Below, one piece after another: positions 9,208 to 18,269 of a stretch of DNA of 64,000 nt; position 1 is the stretch's first letter, and the number at the start of each line of letters is the position of its first letter. The notes beneath the pieces are model-generated. The model saw only the letters and a list, made by a program, of their open reading frames with translations. It made no database searches and was not told the origin of the DNA. A program made the translations under genes and the position numbers. Source of the DNA: a virus (lineage: Duplodnaviria; Caudoviricetes); the IMG/VR virus record IMGVR_UViG_3300022752_000013. One strand, 5' to 3'.

Positions 9208-9549
9208 TTAGGTGTGGAGTTCTCGGTACCGAGCCATGGCTCGAGCACGGGCCACTGCCAGTCTCACCTGGACATACGCAGACAACTCATCATCTGGTTG
9301 GTCGGTTGGTGGTGCCACCTTGGGACGTCGAGCCAAACTACTACAAAGAAATTCATCATCTGGAGCATCATAAGGATTGGTACCTTGCAAACGAATGGCA
9401 GTGAATCTGTGTGGATTACTCCGCAATAGTTTGACTCTTGGCACTCGCGGTTGGTGCGCCCGTGTGTGCAAATCTTTAGATACGTGAACAGGCACCTGGG
9501 CCCAGGCGGTGACGGATAATATGGCCACAATGATCAAGAAGTGTTTCAT
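9208..9549 (-). CDS. Secreted hypothetical protein
   Basis: Signal peptide MKHFLIIVAILSVTAWA. Confidence 0.65.
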   Translation of the reverse strand: MKHFLIIVAILSVTAWAQVPVHVSKDLHTRAHQPRVPRVKLLRSNPHRFTAIRLQGTNPYDAPDDEFLCSSLARRPKVAPPTDQPDDELSAYVQVRLAVARARAMARYRELHT

Positions 9550-9591
9550 GTGTATATATAACGCCTTGACCCTGGTTTACGCTGACACAAA

Positions 9592-9613
9592 AAAAGGCTC
9601 CGAAGAGCCTTTT
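9592..9613. terminator. Bidirectional intrinsic terminator
   Basis: AAAAGGCTC-CGAA-GAGCCTTTT. Confidence 0.8.
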
Positions 9614-9631
9614 GTGTGAATCAAATAATGG

Positions 9632-10174
9632 TTAACCCATTGTGTTATCTTGTTTTTCTTTTGGATGGCCCATTGCTCCGACTTGCCCTCTTCCTCTTCC
9701 AAAAAATGTATCAGCAAACATTAATAGTAATATTCCGATTGGAATAAGAATGCCAGATGCAACACCCATACCGGTACCGGCCACGCCAGGTTGTGAACCT
9801 AAATATCCTCCAACAGCGGAACCTGCTATACCAATGGTGTATAACAATTGAATTAATTTACCTTTCCAATCTCCTGCTAAGCCCCAAGTAACTTCATCAA
9901 GTTGTTGTTCGGCCACTGCCTTTTTTGGTGCAATTTTGTCGAAACCAAGTGCTTTTGCTACCTTAATAGCATTTTCTTGACTTGGGGTAAAATCTCCGCC
10001 TGTGGCTTGTTTTACTTGCTGTGCAATTTGTTGAACTGTATCACCGCCCAAAAGTTTCATTGCTTTAGGTACCAGTGATTTGATAGTATCCATCATGCCT
10101 TCATCAAGTTGAACCTTGGGTTGTTCTGCTTCCTTGATAATATCAATGTAGTTTCTTAAGAATTCTGTGCTCAT
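9632..10174 (-). CDS. Late protein with hydrophobic Gly-rich C-terminus, putative virion-internal/membrane protein
   Basis: N-term MSTEFLRNYIDIIKEAE, repeated QLDE; TAAATA at 10197-10202 (minus); GGAG RBS. Confidence 0.7.
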   Translation of the reverse strand: MSTEFLRNYIDIIKEAEQPKVQLDEGMMDTIKSLVPKAMKLLGGDTVQQIAQQVKQATGGDFTPSQENAIKVAKALGFDKIAPKKAVAEQQLDEVTWGLAGDWKGKLIQLLYTIGIAGSAVGGYLGSQPGVAGTGMGVASGILIPIGILLLMFADTFFGRGRGQVGAMGHPKEKQDNTMG

Positions 10175-10241
10175 ATCATCTCCAAATAATTGCTTTTATT
10201 TACCTTATGTGCAAGTTTAGGCAAATGAGTTGTCAAAAAGC

Positions 10242-10271
10242 CTTGCTATTGCCAGCAAGATGCCTTATACT
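10242..10271 (+). promoter_or_regulatory. Promoter overlapped by a 6-bp inverted repeat
   Basis: TTGCTA(10243)-17-TATACT(10266); CTTGCT-N6-AGCAAG spans the -35. Confidence 0.5.
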
Positions 10272-10318
10272 TGTTGAATGCTGTACGCAACGGCTATTTT
10301 ACATGAAAGGTAATTTAT

Positions 10319-10585
10319 ATGCGTTTTAATCCAGAAACTAAGACTTTTAAAGTCTTCAATGCACTCTACAACGGCGAAACTTTGACTCCATCAGAAGCAA
10401 AGAAGCGTTTTGGCGTGGGCAACCTCAGTGCCGAAGCCAGCCGTATCCGTCAAGCCGGTTTTGCTGTTTATAGCAACAGCCGTGTTGCCGGTAATGGTGT
10501 CAAGGTTACAGAATATGTAATTGGGAAACCATCAAGAAAAATCGTAGCCGCAGGCTACAAAGCAATGGCCATGGGCTTGGTCTAA
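10319..10585 (+). CDS. Winged helix-turn-helix DNA-binding protein
   Basis: ALYNGETLTPSEAKKRFGVGNLSAEASRIRQAGFAVYS...EYVIG, an HTH+wing pattern seen in T4-like phages. Confidence 0.65.
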   Translation: MRFNPETKTFKVFNALYNGETLTPSEAKKRFGVGNLSAEASRIRQAGFAVYSNSRVAGNGVKVTEYVIGKPSRKIVAAGYKAMAMGLV

Positions 10586-10625
10586 AATTTAGACACGCTG
10601 TCCAATTCAGACTGGACACATTGAT

Positions 10626-10652
10626 AAAACCCTGTTCACGACAGGGTTTTTT
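10626..10652 (+). terminator. Intrinsic terminator
   Basis: AAAACCCTGT-TCACG-ACAGGGTTTTTT. Confidence 0.85.
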
Positions 10653-10653
10653 C

Positions 10654-10682
10654 TTGACTGCATATTCCTAATCCTGTATAAT
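10654..10682 (+). promoter_or_regulatory. sigma70 promoter
   Basis: TTGACT-17-TATAAT. Confidence 0.8.
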
Positions 10683-10713
10683 AACTTTATCGTTTAACAT
10701 TTGGAGCATATAA

Positions 10714-11631
10714 ATGACAACAAAAAAATCTAGTCTAGAAACAGAATTGTTATTTGCAAGCAAAGATAAAAATCTGCTCATCGAGCAAGGAAAACTCGAA
10801 GACGAAAAATCAAGGAATTTTATAAAATCTGCATTAGGTATAAAAAAGAAATTAGTTGAAGCCACACGACATAGCATTTTGTCTGGCCCGCCCGGCGTAG
10901 GAAAGACTCATGGCACTATGGACGAATGTAGAAATGCGGGACTCAAATATATAACTATTGCTCCTGGTATGACTGATTTACAGTTGGCTATCAAGTTAGC
11001 AATCGGTGTTGCTGAACTTAACGACAATGAAGAATTAGTTGTCATCTTAGATGATGCAGATGATGTTGTTTTTGGTGCATACGAAACACTTAATAAGTGG
11101 AAATTAGCAATGGGGGATATTGACTACGAATTGGGCATTATCCCGCATTATCACTATCCTGCAAGTATGATCTCAACTATCTCTTCGTTGACTAAACAAA
11201 ATAGAATGAAGATTGTGAGTACCATACAAAAATGGCAATCTGACTCTGACATTGGACTGTCCATCCCAATGGATAGAGTTAGATTCATTGTATTATGTAA
11301 TTTAGATTTAGAGAATCCGAAAGCATTTACTAGTCCAAAAATTCGAAGTGCAGTAGCCCCTGTTCTAGATCGATTTAATTATAAACGTATGTCTATTCCC
11401 TGGACACACCAATGGGGGTGGCTGGCATACACACTTAAAAACACGCAACCATTTCCAGAATTTCCATTATCTGTAGACCAAAAGAAACTTCTATTAGATT
11501 GGTTATATAGCAATTGGTCCCAATTACGCGGTGGCGGGGCATCATACAGAACTGTTAGAAAATTAGCGGCTGACATGATTAATGAAACGGAGTACGAAGA
11601 TGCATGGAAAGAAAATCTCAAAGGAAACTAA
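10714..11631 (+). CDS. AAA+ family ATPase
   Basis: Walker A GPPGVGKT, Walker B VVILDDAD, sensor-1 IVLCN, Arg finger LDRF. Confidence 0.8.
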   Translation: MTTKKSSLETELLFASKDKNLLIEQGKLEDEKSRNFIKSALGIKKKLVEATRHSILSGPPGVGKTHGTMDECRNAGLKYITIAPGMTDLQLAIKLAIGVAELNDNEELVVILDDADDVVFGAYETLNKWKLAMGDIDYELGIIPHYHYPASMISTISSLTKQNRMKIVSTIQKWQSDSDIGLSIPMDRVRFIVLCNLDLENPKAFTSPKIRSAVAPVLDRFNYKRMSIPWTHQWGWLAYTLKNTQPFPEFPLSVDQKKLLLDWLYSNWSQLRGGGASYRTVRKLAADMINETEYEDAWKENLKGN

Positions 11632-12124
11632 AACTTTTGATGAATCAATTGATTCGTTACTAGCAGAGTTAGAATTACCATCAGACTCCGAAATCAAAAA
11701 ACATACTGGTAATGTCAAACAAGCACAAAAGGTTAAGGGAAGAAAACGTCCAGATCAAAGTACTCGAATGGCAGGCGATCGCAACTCGATGGCTGGCAAA
11801 ACGCATCCTAACAAAGGTAAGTCTTTACCGCAGATAGGAAGACCGGGGCAGAAGAAACCAGAAGGGTTCGGTGAAAAGATTAGAAAATCTCGAAAAGGTA
11901 TTCCAAATTTGAAAGCACTCGGTGTAGAAAGACCAGACCATAGTGAGTTGATGAAAACAAAAAATCCTATGTTTCGTCCTATCCGAACCCCACACGGTGA
12001 TTTTGATTCTATACGATTTGTAATCGCTGATGAAAAAGCCAGAGGAATGAAAAATGTAGAACGCCGTGTGCGTAACTTGCTCGCTATCTCGGGCTCGGGA
12101 TATTACTACATTGACCATAATTAA
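11600..12124 (+). CDS. Basic NUMOD3-like repeat DNA-binding protein
   Basis: KVKGRKRPD, NSMAGKTHPNKGK, EKIRKSRKG, HSELMKTKNPMF; no nuclease motif seen. Confidence 0.55.
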   Translation: MHGKKISKETKTFDESIDSLLAELELPSDSEIKKHTGNVKQAQKVKGRKRPDQSTRMAGDRNSMAGKTHPNKGKSLPQIGRPGQKKPEGFGEKIRKSRKGIPNLKALGVERPDHSELMKTKNPMFRPIRTPHGDFDSIRFVIADEKARGMKNVERRVRNLLAISGSGYYYIDHN

Positions 12125-12139
12125 ACTTTCCTGTATAAT
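12111..12139 (+). promoter_or_regulatory. sigma70 promoter, leaderless transcript
   Basis: TTGACC-17-TATAAT, ATG 6 nt downstream, no SD. Confidence 0.8.
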
Positions 12140-12145
12140 AGCAAC

Positions 12146-12598
12146 ATGCTTAAAAAACTCTTTGACCGCTTGGGTCGGTACCGTATTATTATGGACCGTG
12201 TGGATAATCAACCATACTTGGAACGCTACTATGTGTTTCTCCGAGATCGGGAACGATTTCCGTTCAACGTGTTTGTACACAAGTTTTTGAAAAGTGATAC
12301 CGAAGATGTGCATGACCATCCTTGGCCGTTCCTGACCATAATTCTCCGAGGCGGCTACTGGGAATGGACACCGCAGTTTGATGCCCAAGGTCGCAAGGCG
12401 GGTGAGATTGCCCGCTGGTGTGGACCGGGAAGCATGCGTTGGGCCAAGGCCCGTCAGTATCACAGAGTTGAACTGGACCCAGATGTCACGTGCTGGACCT
12501 TGTTCTGCCCGGGTGTCAAACAACGTGATTGGGGATTCCTGGTCCAGAACCAGTGGATACAATGGGAACAGTATCTAGCCACTCGCTCAAGTAAATAA
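12146..12598 (+). CDS. Cupin-fold protein
   Basis: VHDHPWPF...GGYWE...YHRVEL metal-binding cupin pattern. Confidence 0.65.
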   Translation: MLKKLFDRLGRYRIIMDRVDNQPYLERYYVFLRDRERFPFNVFVHKFLKSDTEDVHDHPWPFLTIILRGGYWEWTPQFDAQGRKAGEIARWCGPGSMRWAKARQYHRVELDPDVTCWTLFCPGVKQRDWGFLVQNQWIQWEQYLATRSSK

Positions 12599-12615
12599 CA
12601 CAAGGAAATCATATT

Positions 12616-12993
12616 ATGAACTTAGAAACTATCATAGCCGCCATGTTTACCGGAGTAGGATTTGGTGTGATTGTGTTCTTGCTATTTGTTTGGATAATAT
12701 CTCGACGAATCCAGTTTCGGATTGATTCAGAAATATCGGGTGTGATAGAAAAATTAGCCCAGGATCGACTGATAGCACTCACGGTGGAAATTGACAACAA
12801 TCAGTACTTCTGCTACAATGCACTTACCAAAGACTTTGTATGCCAAGGCTACAGTTTGAAAGAAATCATAGAACGATTTCGTCTGCGTTATCCCGACAAG
12901 GCCGCCGCAATATATGACGGCGATGAAACAGCAGTACAGACACTCAAATCTCAAATGGATCAACTTGATAAATCAGACACAGTGCAATCTTAA
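12616..12993 (+). CDS. Membrane-anchored hypothetical protein
   Basis: N-terminal TM helix; AAGGA RBS. Confidence 0.7.
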   Translation: MNLETIIAAMFTGVGFGVIVFLLFVWIISRRIQFRIDSEISGVIEKLAQDRLIALTVEIDNNQYFCYNALTKDFVCQGYSLKEIIERFRLRYPDKAAAIYDGDETAVQTLKSQMDQLDKSDTVQS

Positions 12994-14074
12994 AGGCACC
13001 CAAAAATTATTTTTTATCCAGTTAAATCAGGCTGCCTCTTGTTGTAGAAGTAATCTTGAATCGTTGCCGGCTGACATGTCAGACTTGCTTGAGCATTGGC
13101 AACTGGAACATGATCAATTGACACAAGGCATTGCCGTTCAAAATTGTTCTGTTTGTTGGAAACAACAGGCCCAAGGTCATACATCTTGGAGACAACTACA
13201 CGGTCACCAGAATAACAACACCGTTGAACTGTGGTTGAACAATTCCTGCAATCAAATGTGTAGTTATTGTAGTCCAAAATTCTCTAGCACTTGGCAACAG
13301 AATATCATTGACCACGGACCTTTTGAAAATATCAGTAGCACAGCCAAATCCAATCTTGACCTGCCACCAATAGCAATAGATCAGCAACAGTGGATAGAAA
13401 AAATAGGTGAATATTTACAATCTCAACCTCCAGAATCAGTTGATCTAAAGTTGTTGGGCGGTGAGCCCTTGATGCAGATTCGAAATTTACAAAAATTAAT
13501 TGATCTTTCTGGTAATAGTATAAATCAACTGATGATAAACACCAATCTCAATCCTCCCAACAATCGATTCCTGCATTGGTTATTGGACACAGTGCCTGCT
13601 TACAAACTCAAATTTGAGATAAGTCTAGACGCCAGTCCCAAATATAATCATGTGCCAAGAGCAGGATTTGATCCAGAACGATTCCATACCAATTTAGAAT
13701 TGCTGATTGAAAAAAATATAAATTTTGGTTTTTTGTCGGTTATGAGTGTGCTGAGTATTTTTGACTTGCCCGACTTTACGAAATGGTCTCAACCATATCA
13801 AGTGGCATTTAACAAAATCAACAATCCGGATTGCCTGGACCCAATTTGGTTACCAATGGAAATCTTAGACCAAATAAACAACCAGTTTGAGCAAGAACCG
13901 CCAATGATTTTCCAAGAATTATACAACAAGCCGCAATCTTTGGTTGACCTAAAATTGTTTGAGCAGTATAATTACTTGTGTCAGTATTTTTCTAGAACTG
14001 GCATAAACATCAAACAAATCGATAATCTCTTGTTCCAACAATATTGGACTTGGCTAGAAGAAAGACAAAAATGA
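12914..14074 (+). CDS. Radical SAM protein (start uncertain)
   Basis: CNQMCSYC, LLGGEPL, INTN, SCC...CSVCW N-terminal Cys cluster. Confidence 0.85.
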   Translation: MTAMKQQYRHSNLKWINLINQTQCNLKGTQKLFFIQLNQAASCCRSNLESLPADMSDLLEHWQLEHDQLTQGIAVQNCSVCWKQQAQGHTSWRQLHGHQNNNTVELWLNNSCNQMCSYCSPKFSSTWQQNIIDHGPFENISSTAKSNLDLPPIAIDQQQWIEKIGEYLQSQPPESVDLKLLGGEPLMQIRNLQKLIDLSGNSINQLMINTNLNPPNNRFLHWLLDTVPAYKLKFEISLDASPKYNHVPRAGFDPERFHTNLELLIEKNINFGFLSVMSVLSIFDLPDFTKWSQPYQVAFNKINNPDCLDPIWLPMEILDQINNQFEQEPPMIFQELYNKPQSLVDLKLFEQYNYLCQYFSRTGINIKQIDNLLFQQYWTWLEERQK

Positions 14075-14925
14075 AAATCTCACTGGTCAGTGACGTACAT
14101 TTAGAATTTGGAGACTTGGACTTTGAAAATGATCAAGGTGCTGAAGTCTTGATTCTGTCTGGCGACATTTGCGTGGCTAAAGACATTGCCCAACGTGATC
14201 CCTATGGCATCATGGGCCCAGGATATCGTAGCAATCGCTTTCATGATTTCTTTCAACGCTGTCATGACCGGTTTCCACATGTGATCTACATTGTGGGCAA
14301 TCATGAATACTACCATGGCGACTTTGCCACCGCTTTTGCACATCTCAAGGATGTGCTGGGCTACTTGCCCAACTTGCATATCCTGGAAAAAGAATCTATT
14401 ACTATTGGTGACACCACATTCTTGTGTGGTACGCTGTGGACTGACATGAACCGTGAAGACCCGGATACCTTGTATCGCATTCGCAGTTACATGAATGATT
14501 TTAGAATCATCAAAGACAGTCGCCATCCTGTACACTTCAAGGACTCGGAAGGTCACAGGCACACACGTGATGGCAAATTCAGCCCCGAGGCAACGGTGGA
14601 AGAGCACCGGGCCATGTTGAAGTTTGTGAAGGAGTCAATTGAGGCCAATCCTGCAGGTAAGTATGTGGTAGTTGGTCATCATGCACCCAGCCGGGCGTCG
14701 ACTCATGCACAGTACGCAGATCAAACCATGGTGAATGGTGCTTACAGTTCAGACCTGGATCAGTTTATTCTTGATCGTCCACAAATCAAACTATGGACAC
14801 ATGGACACACTCATCATGAGTTTGACTACATGATCGGCTCGTGCCGTGTGATGTGCAACCCACGTGGTTATGATGGCTATGAACAACAGGCGGAACAATG
14901 GAAACTAAAAACAGTAGATATCTAA
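14071..14925 (+). CDS. Calcineurin-like metallophosphoesterase
   Basis: SDVHLE, LSGDI, VGNHEYY, GHHAP, HGHTH. Confidence 0.92.
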   Translation: MKISLVSDVHLEFGDLDFENDQGAEVLILSGDICVAKDIAQRDPYGIMGPGYRSNRFHDFFQRCHDRFPHVIYIVGNHEYYHGDFATAFAHLKDVLGYLPNLHILEKESITIGDTTFLCGTLWTDMNREDPDTLYRIRSYMNDFRIIKDSRHPVHFKDSEGHRHTRDGKFSPEATVEEHRAMLKFVKESIEANPAGKYVVVGHHAPSRASTHAQYADQTMVNGAYSSDLDQFILDRPQIKLWTHGHTHHEFDYMIGSCRVMCNPRGYDGYEQQAEQWKLKTVDI

Positions 14926-15104
14926 ACTGGTTGCGTTACAGTGGTGCCAGCATCATTGTAACGCTTAATCCCTTGCATTGGCGATGGGTGCCTCAAGCAC
15001 GTCGCGAACGCAATACAGAATGGCCCAGCCCCAATGAGGTCACTTACATGGTGAGTTGGTTGTTTGTGACCATACGTGGTTGGGTAGATGATGGTGATTG
15101 GTAG
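14898..15104 (+). CDS. Small hypothetical protein
   Basis: Trp-rich 68-aa ORF ending VDDGDW, in operon. Confidence 0.55.
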   Translation: METKNSRYLNWLRYSGASIIVTLNPLHWRWVPQARRERNTEWPSPNEVTYMVSWLFVTIRGWVDDGDW

Positions 15105-15256
15105 TGCGAGATCTAGTGTCATACATAGTTTATGCCCTGATGTTTATAGTGGTATATAACCACAACTCTGTAATGGGCCCGGACCGTGAACGTGCAGAAC
15201 TGGCTCGGCTACGAGACTCAAGTGGATACTTAATACGATATGAACCAACAGACTAA
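15104..15256 (+). CDS. 50-aa putative membrane microprotein
   Basis: GTG start overlapping upstream TAG; hydrophobic VSYIVYALMFIVVY. Confidence 0.4.
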   Translation: MRDLVSYIVYALMFIVVYNHNSVMGPDRERAELARLRDSSGYLIRYEPTD

Positions 15257-15512
15257 ACAACTAGCAGAACAAGCAGGCTTTGTTCTAGATGACTTGCCAG
15301 ACTCGGTTCTACAGCCATTGGAGACGTTTGCTGATCTATTGAGAACTGCCAACACTCGTGAAGTGATTGCATTGTGTGCCAGCACAATTAATAATAACAT
15401 CAATGAGCAAAAGCAAAAAACAAAACATCGTTGGGAAATCGTAGAAGCCCTAGTGATCGTAACAGCATTGATAGCCTGGGCCACCTGGTGGTACACTCAG
15501 TCACACACTTAA
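15240..15512 (+). CDS. Hypothetical protein with C-terminal TM
   Basis: LAEQAGF motif; terminal hydrophobic helix. Confidence 0.65.
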   Translation: MNQQTKQLAEQAGFVLDDLPDSVLQPLETFADLLRTANTREVIALCASTINNNINEQKQKTKHRWEIVEALVIVTALIAWATWWYTQSHT

Positions 15513-15522
15513 AGGATAACAC

Positions 15523-16236
15523 ATGAAAGTATATATTGGTAAACCTCGAGATCACTGGATCTCACCTTACACCATGTTGGACTATGCGTTCTGGTGGACT
15601 GATTGGTCACGGTGCAGTCGTGACCGGCGTATCCGCAGTCTTGAAGAAGAAAGCAAGTATGTGGAACATCCTGCCTGGGTAGAACGTTGGAGCAACTACT
15701 TGACTCCTGTTAGTCGTGCTATTGCCTGGGTATTGGATCGTGTGCATCCGGCCATCAACCTTGTGAAGATTGACTACTGGGATACCTGGAGCATGGATCA
15801 TACTCTGAGTCCCATTATCCTTCCCATGCTCCGGCAATTGAAAACAACTCAGCACGGTGCAGGATTTGTTGATGATACGGATGTGCCTGAAGAACTAAAA
15901 TCAACGTCAGCACCCGCCAAAGAGAACGAGTGGGACACTGATGCCAATCACTTTGCTCGCTGGGAACATGTGCTGAACGAAATGATCTTTGCATTTGAAT
16001 GCAAAGTGGATGACTCATGGGAAGATGCGTTCCGTTCAGGAGAACATGACATGTTGTGGGTGCCTGTAGACGTACATGGCAACGAAGTGCCTAAAGGTGA
16101 GCACCGGTACTATGAAATGAAAGACGGTCCCAAGAACACATACAAGTGCGATTACGAAGGAATGCGAGTGGTTGAAGCACGTATTCAAAACGGTTTCCGT
16201 TTGTTCGGCAAATACTATCAAAATCTCTGGGACTAA
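15523..16236 (+). CDS. Conserved phage hypothetical protein
   Basis: AAGGA RBS; IDYWDTWSMDHTLSPIILPML...FGKYYQNLWD. Confidence 0.85.
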   Translation: MKVYIGKPRDHWISPYTMLDYAFWWTDWSRCSRDRRIRSLEEESKYVEHPAWVERWSNYLTPVSRAIAWVLDRVHPAINLVKIDYWDTWSMDHTLSPIILPMLRQLKTTQHGAGFVDDTDVPEELKSTSAPAKENEWDTDANHFARWEHVLNEMIFAFECKVDDSWEDAFRSGEHDMLWVPVDVHGNEVPKGEHRYYEMKDGPKNTYKCDYEGMRVVEARIQNGFRLFGKYYQNLWD

Positions 16237-16709
16237 TGGAAGAATCCAACTCCGCCAAGGGTAGAGACAGTTTTGATATTTCTACCGGCAACACCTTGGT
16301 GCATTTCTTTAATCGTAATGTAACACCTTACGCCACTAGCACTCTGGGCCCGACATTTGATCTAGTGCCAGTAGAAAAACAAAAAGATCTCATGATCAAC
16401 CATGCTAGGATGTATGCCCAGCAGGAATATAATCGCATTATGGAATTGGTGGCGGTATTACAACGACAAGCCGAGGATATCCGACGTAGATTAGAAGTTA
16501 CCGATATGGTCCACGGTGCTGAGTATCAGTTTCAAATTGTGATGGGCAACTGCTATTGGTTGGTATGGCACCGGAGATTTGAGAAAACTCTCTTGGTTGT
16601 GACTGGTCCGGATGAATGGAATACTGGTGTACCCGAAGATTATGAATACTTGACGCAGGTACGATACATGGGAGACCATACCTGGCTAGAGATTGACTCC
16701 AAATCCTAA
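16236..16709 (+). CDS. DUF2452-like protein
   Basis: LQRQAEDIRRR...AEYQFQIVMGNCYWL pattern. Confidence 0.6.
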   Translation: MEESNSAKGRDSFDISTGNTLVHFFNRNVTPYATSTLGPTFDLVPVEKQKDLMINHARMYAQQEYNRIMELVAVLQRQAEDIRRRLEVTDMVHGAEYQFQIVMGNCYWLVWHRRFEKTLLVVTGPDEWNTGVPEDYEYLTQVRYMGDHTWLEIDSKS

Positions 16710-16721
16710 ATGTGCTACAAT
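16693..16721 (+). promoter_or_regulatory. sigma70 promoter, leaderless transcript
   Basis: TTGACT-17-TACAAT, ATG 5 nt downstream. Confidence 0.75.
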
Positions 16722-16726
16722 AAATC

Positions 16727-16903
16727 ATGACTACCATAACTGTTGAAGGTGTTGATCGAGCAATTAATGCTGGTGCCTGGCTTGAAGAACAATGCATAAA
16801 GTATGAACTGTTTGGCATTGGACTATTGTCCTCTGATCCCAAATATCAGTTTAAATTTGCCAGCGCCCAGGACGCAACACACTTTGCACTACGATGGCGA
16901 TAA
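16727..16903 (+). CDS. FxLxW-family microprotein 1 (58 aa)
   Basis: Hand-translated MTTITVEGVD...FKFASAQDATHFALRWR; not in ORF track. Confidence 0.75.
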   Translation: MTTITVEGVDRAINAGAWLEEQCIKYELFGIGLLSSDPKYQFKFASAQDATHFALRWR

Positions 16904-16906
16904 GAT

Positions 16907-17137
16907 ATGTTCGAGCATGAGATACGTATAGAAAATGCTGGTCCTGACGACGGCATATACTGGAGCCATGAACTGCAAGTGACCGGCCTGATTCAAGATC
17001 AAGACTATGTGTGGCAATACATGCCGGCTTGGGACGACAATTTTGGATCCGACAATTCATCGCCTCGAGCCGTGGTGTTTGCGTTTAGCAATCCTGCCCT
17101 GGCAACCTTTTATCAATTGAAATGGCAACGTTGCTAA
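16907..17137 (+). CDS. FxLxW-family protein 2
   Basis: Ends FAFSNPALATFYQLKWQRC. Confidence 0.75.
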   Translation: MFEHEIRIENAGPDDGIYWSHELQVTGLIQDQDYVWQYMPAWDDNFGSDNSSPRAVVFAFSNPALATFYQLKWQRC

Positions 17138-17355
17138 TGAAACAACACATGCTACCCGAAACTGCTCGAATGTTTGACCAGTGTGTACATTGTGTGACAC
17201 CACGAAAAGATGCATACGGACCAGATATCATGCGTTGGCTTACTGAAAATATAATCAAAACTGAAGCAGGATTCAGGCCTTGGACTAGAACAGATCGAGA
17301 ATTCCGATTCATGCACGAACGTGATGCTGTGGTGTTTGCACTCAAATGGTCATGA
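17122..17355 (+). CDS. FxLxW-family protein 3
   Basis: Ends FRFMHERDAVVFALKWS. Confidence 0.75.
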   Translation: MATLLMKQHMLPETARMFDQCVHCVTPRKDAYGPDIMRWLTENIIKTEAGFRPWTRTDREFRFMHERDAVVFALKWS

Positions 17356-17543
17356 CTCATACAGTAAGAATACCCTGGCGAAAGGGCGACACGATTTCTA
17401 AATGGGACGAAGTATGTGTTTGGGTAATTGAAGAATTTGGCTTGCCTGGTGAACGTTATTCAACACACCCTAAACACGATGCTATGTTTTTTGTTTTCCA
17501 GGACAGCCGGGACGCTATATACTTCAAACTCCGATGGCTATAA
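17346..17543 (+). CDS. FxLxW-family protein 4
   Basis: Ends FVFQDSRDAIYFKLRWL. Confidence 0.75.
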   Translation: MVMTHTVRIPWRKGDTISKWDEVCVWVIEEFGLPGERYSTHPKHDAMFFVFQDSRDAIYFKLRWL

Positions 17544-17770
17544 AAACTGCTGAAGACACAATACGATTGGGCGACAGTTTCAGTCATGCCTGTAGAATTC
17601 AAAAAAACTACGGTGTGTTGGAACAAATACTAGCATGGTCAAAAGAGAGTTTGACAGCAGAATGGCGTTGGCAACTGGTCAGTGTAAGTTCAGATATCCG
17701 CCCAGGAGATTACATTTTCTACTTTGATAGTGAGCGTGACTATCTAGCATTTGTTATGAAATGGTTATAA
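17534..17770 (+). CDS. FxLxW-family protein 5
   Basis: Ends FYFDSERDYLAFVMKWL. Confidence 0.75.
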   Translation: MAIKTAEDTIRLGDSFSHACRIQKNYGVLEQILAWSKESLTAEWRWQLVSVSSDIRPGDYIFYFDSERDYLAFVMKWL

Positions 17771-17778
17771 GTAAAATT

Positions 17779-18066
17779 ATGCACACACCTCAAGAACGAG
17801 ACAAAAGAAATCTACGTATTCAACGTGACGAAAATGCCATTCGAAAACAAGCCAAGATTGCCCGGGCACATGGCATGGATGTAAAAGAGCCACACAAGTT
17901 TGTCAAGCATCATGCCATGGACTGTGGACAACCAGGTTGTGTCCTGTGTGGTAATCCAAGAAAAACATTTAGTGAATTGACCACACAAGAAAAACGCCTG
18001 TTCCAGGATGTAGAACAGCCGCGTGACAAACATTCAAACGGCTTGCCCCGGGATCAAAATGATTGA
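17779..18066 (+). CDS. Basic Cys/His zinc-binding protein
   Basis: KHHAMDCGQPGCVLCGNPRK; TAAGTA at 17768-17773. Confidence 0.7.
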   Translation: MHTPQERDKRNLRIQRDENAIRKQAKIARAHGMDVKEPHKFVKHHAMDCGQPGCVLCGNPRKTFSELTTQEKRLFQDVEQPRDKHSNGLPRDQND

Positions 18067-18268
18067 TTTTGACATAACCATGCAACGTATTAAGAACTTG
18101 GCTGAGTACGAAGTTCAAGTCACTGTGCCTGAAACATTTAGTTTTCGCGGCCAAGTGCCTTGGGACATGCAGATCCTGGGCAACCAGGCCTTTGTGACAG
18201 TTATCGCAGCCAGCCTTACTGAGGCTCGAAGCAGAGTAGAAGAATATTTTAATTTCAAGGAAGAATAA
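18059..18268 (+). CDS. Hypothetical protein
   Basis: ORF in operon; start chosen at second Met. Confidence 0.6.
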   Translation: MIDFDITMQRIKNLAEYEVQVTVPETFSFRGQVPWDMQILGNQAFVTVIAASLTEARSRVEEYFNFKEE

Positions 18269-18269
18269 T

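Noticed and set aside
11600-12124. Homing endonuclease
   Set aside because: Only NUMOD3-like basic repeats; no GIY-YIG, HNH or LAGLIDADG motif
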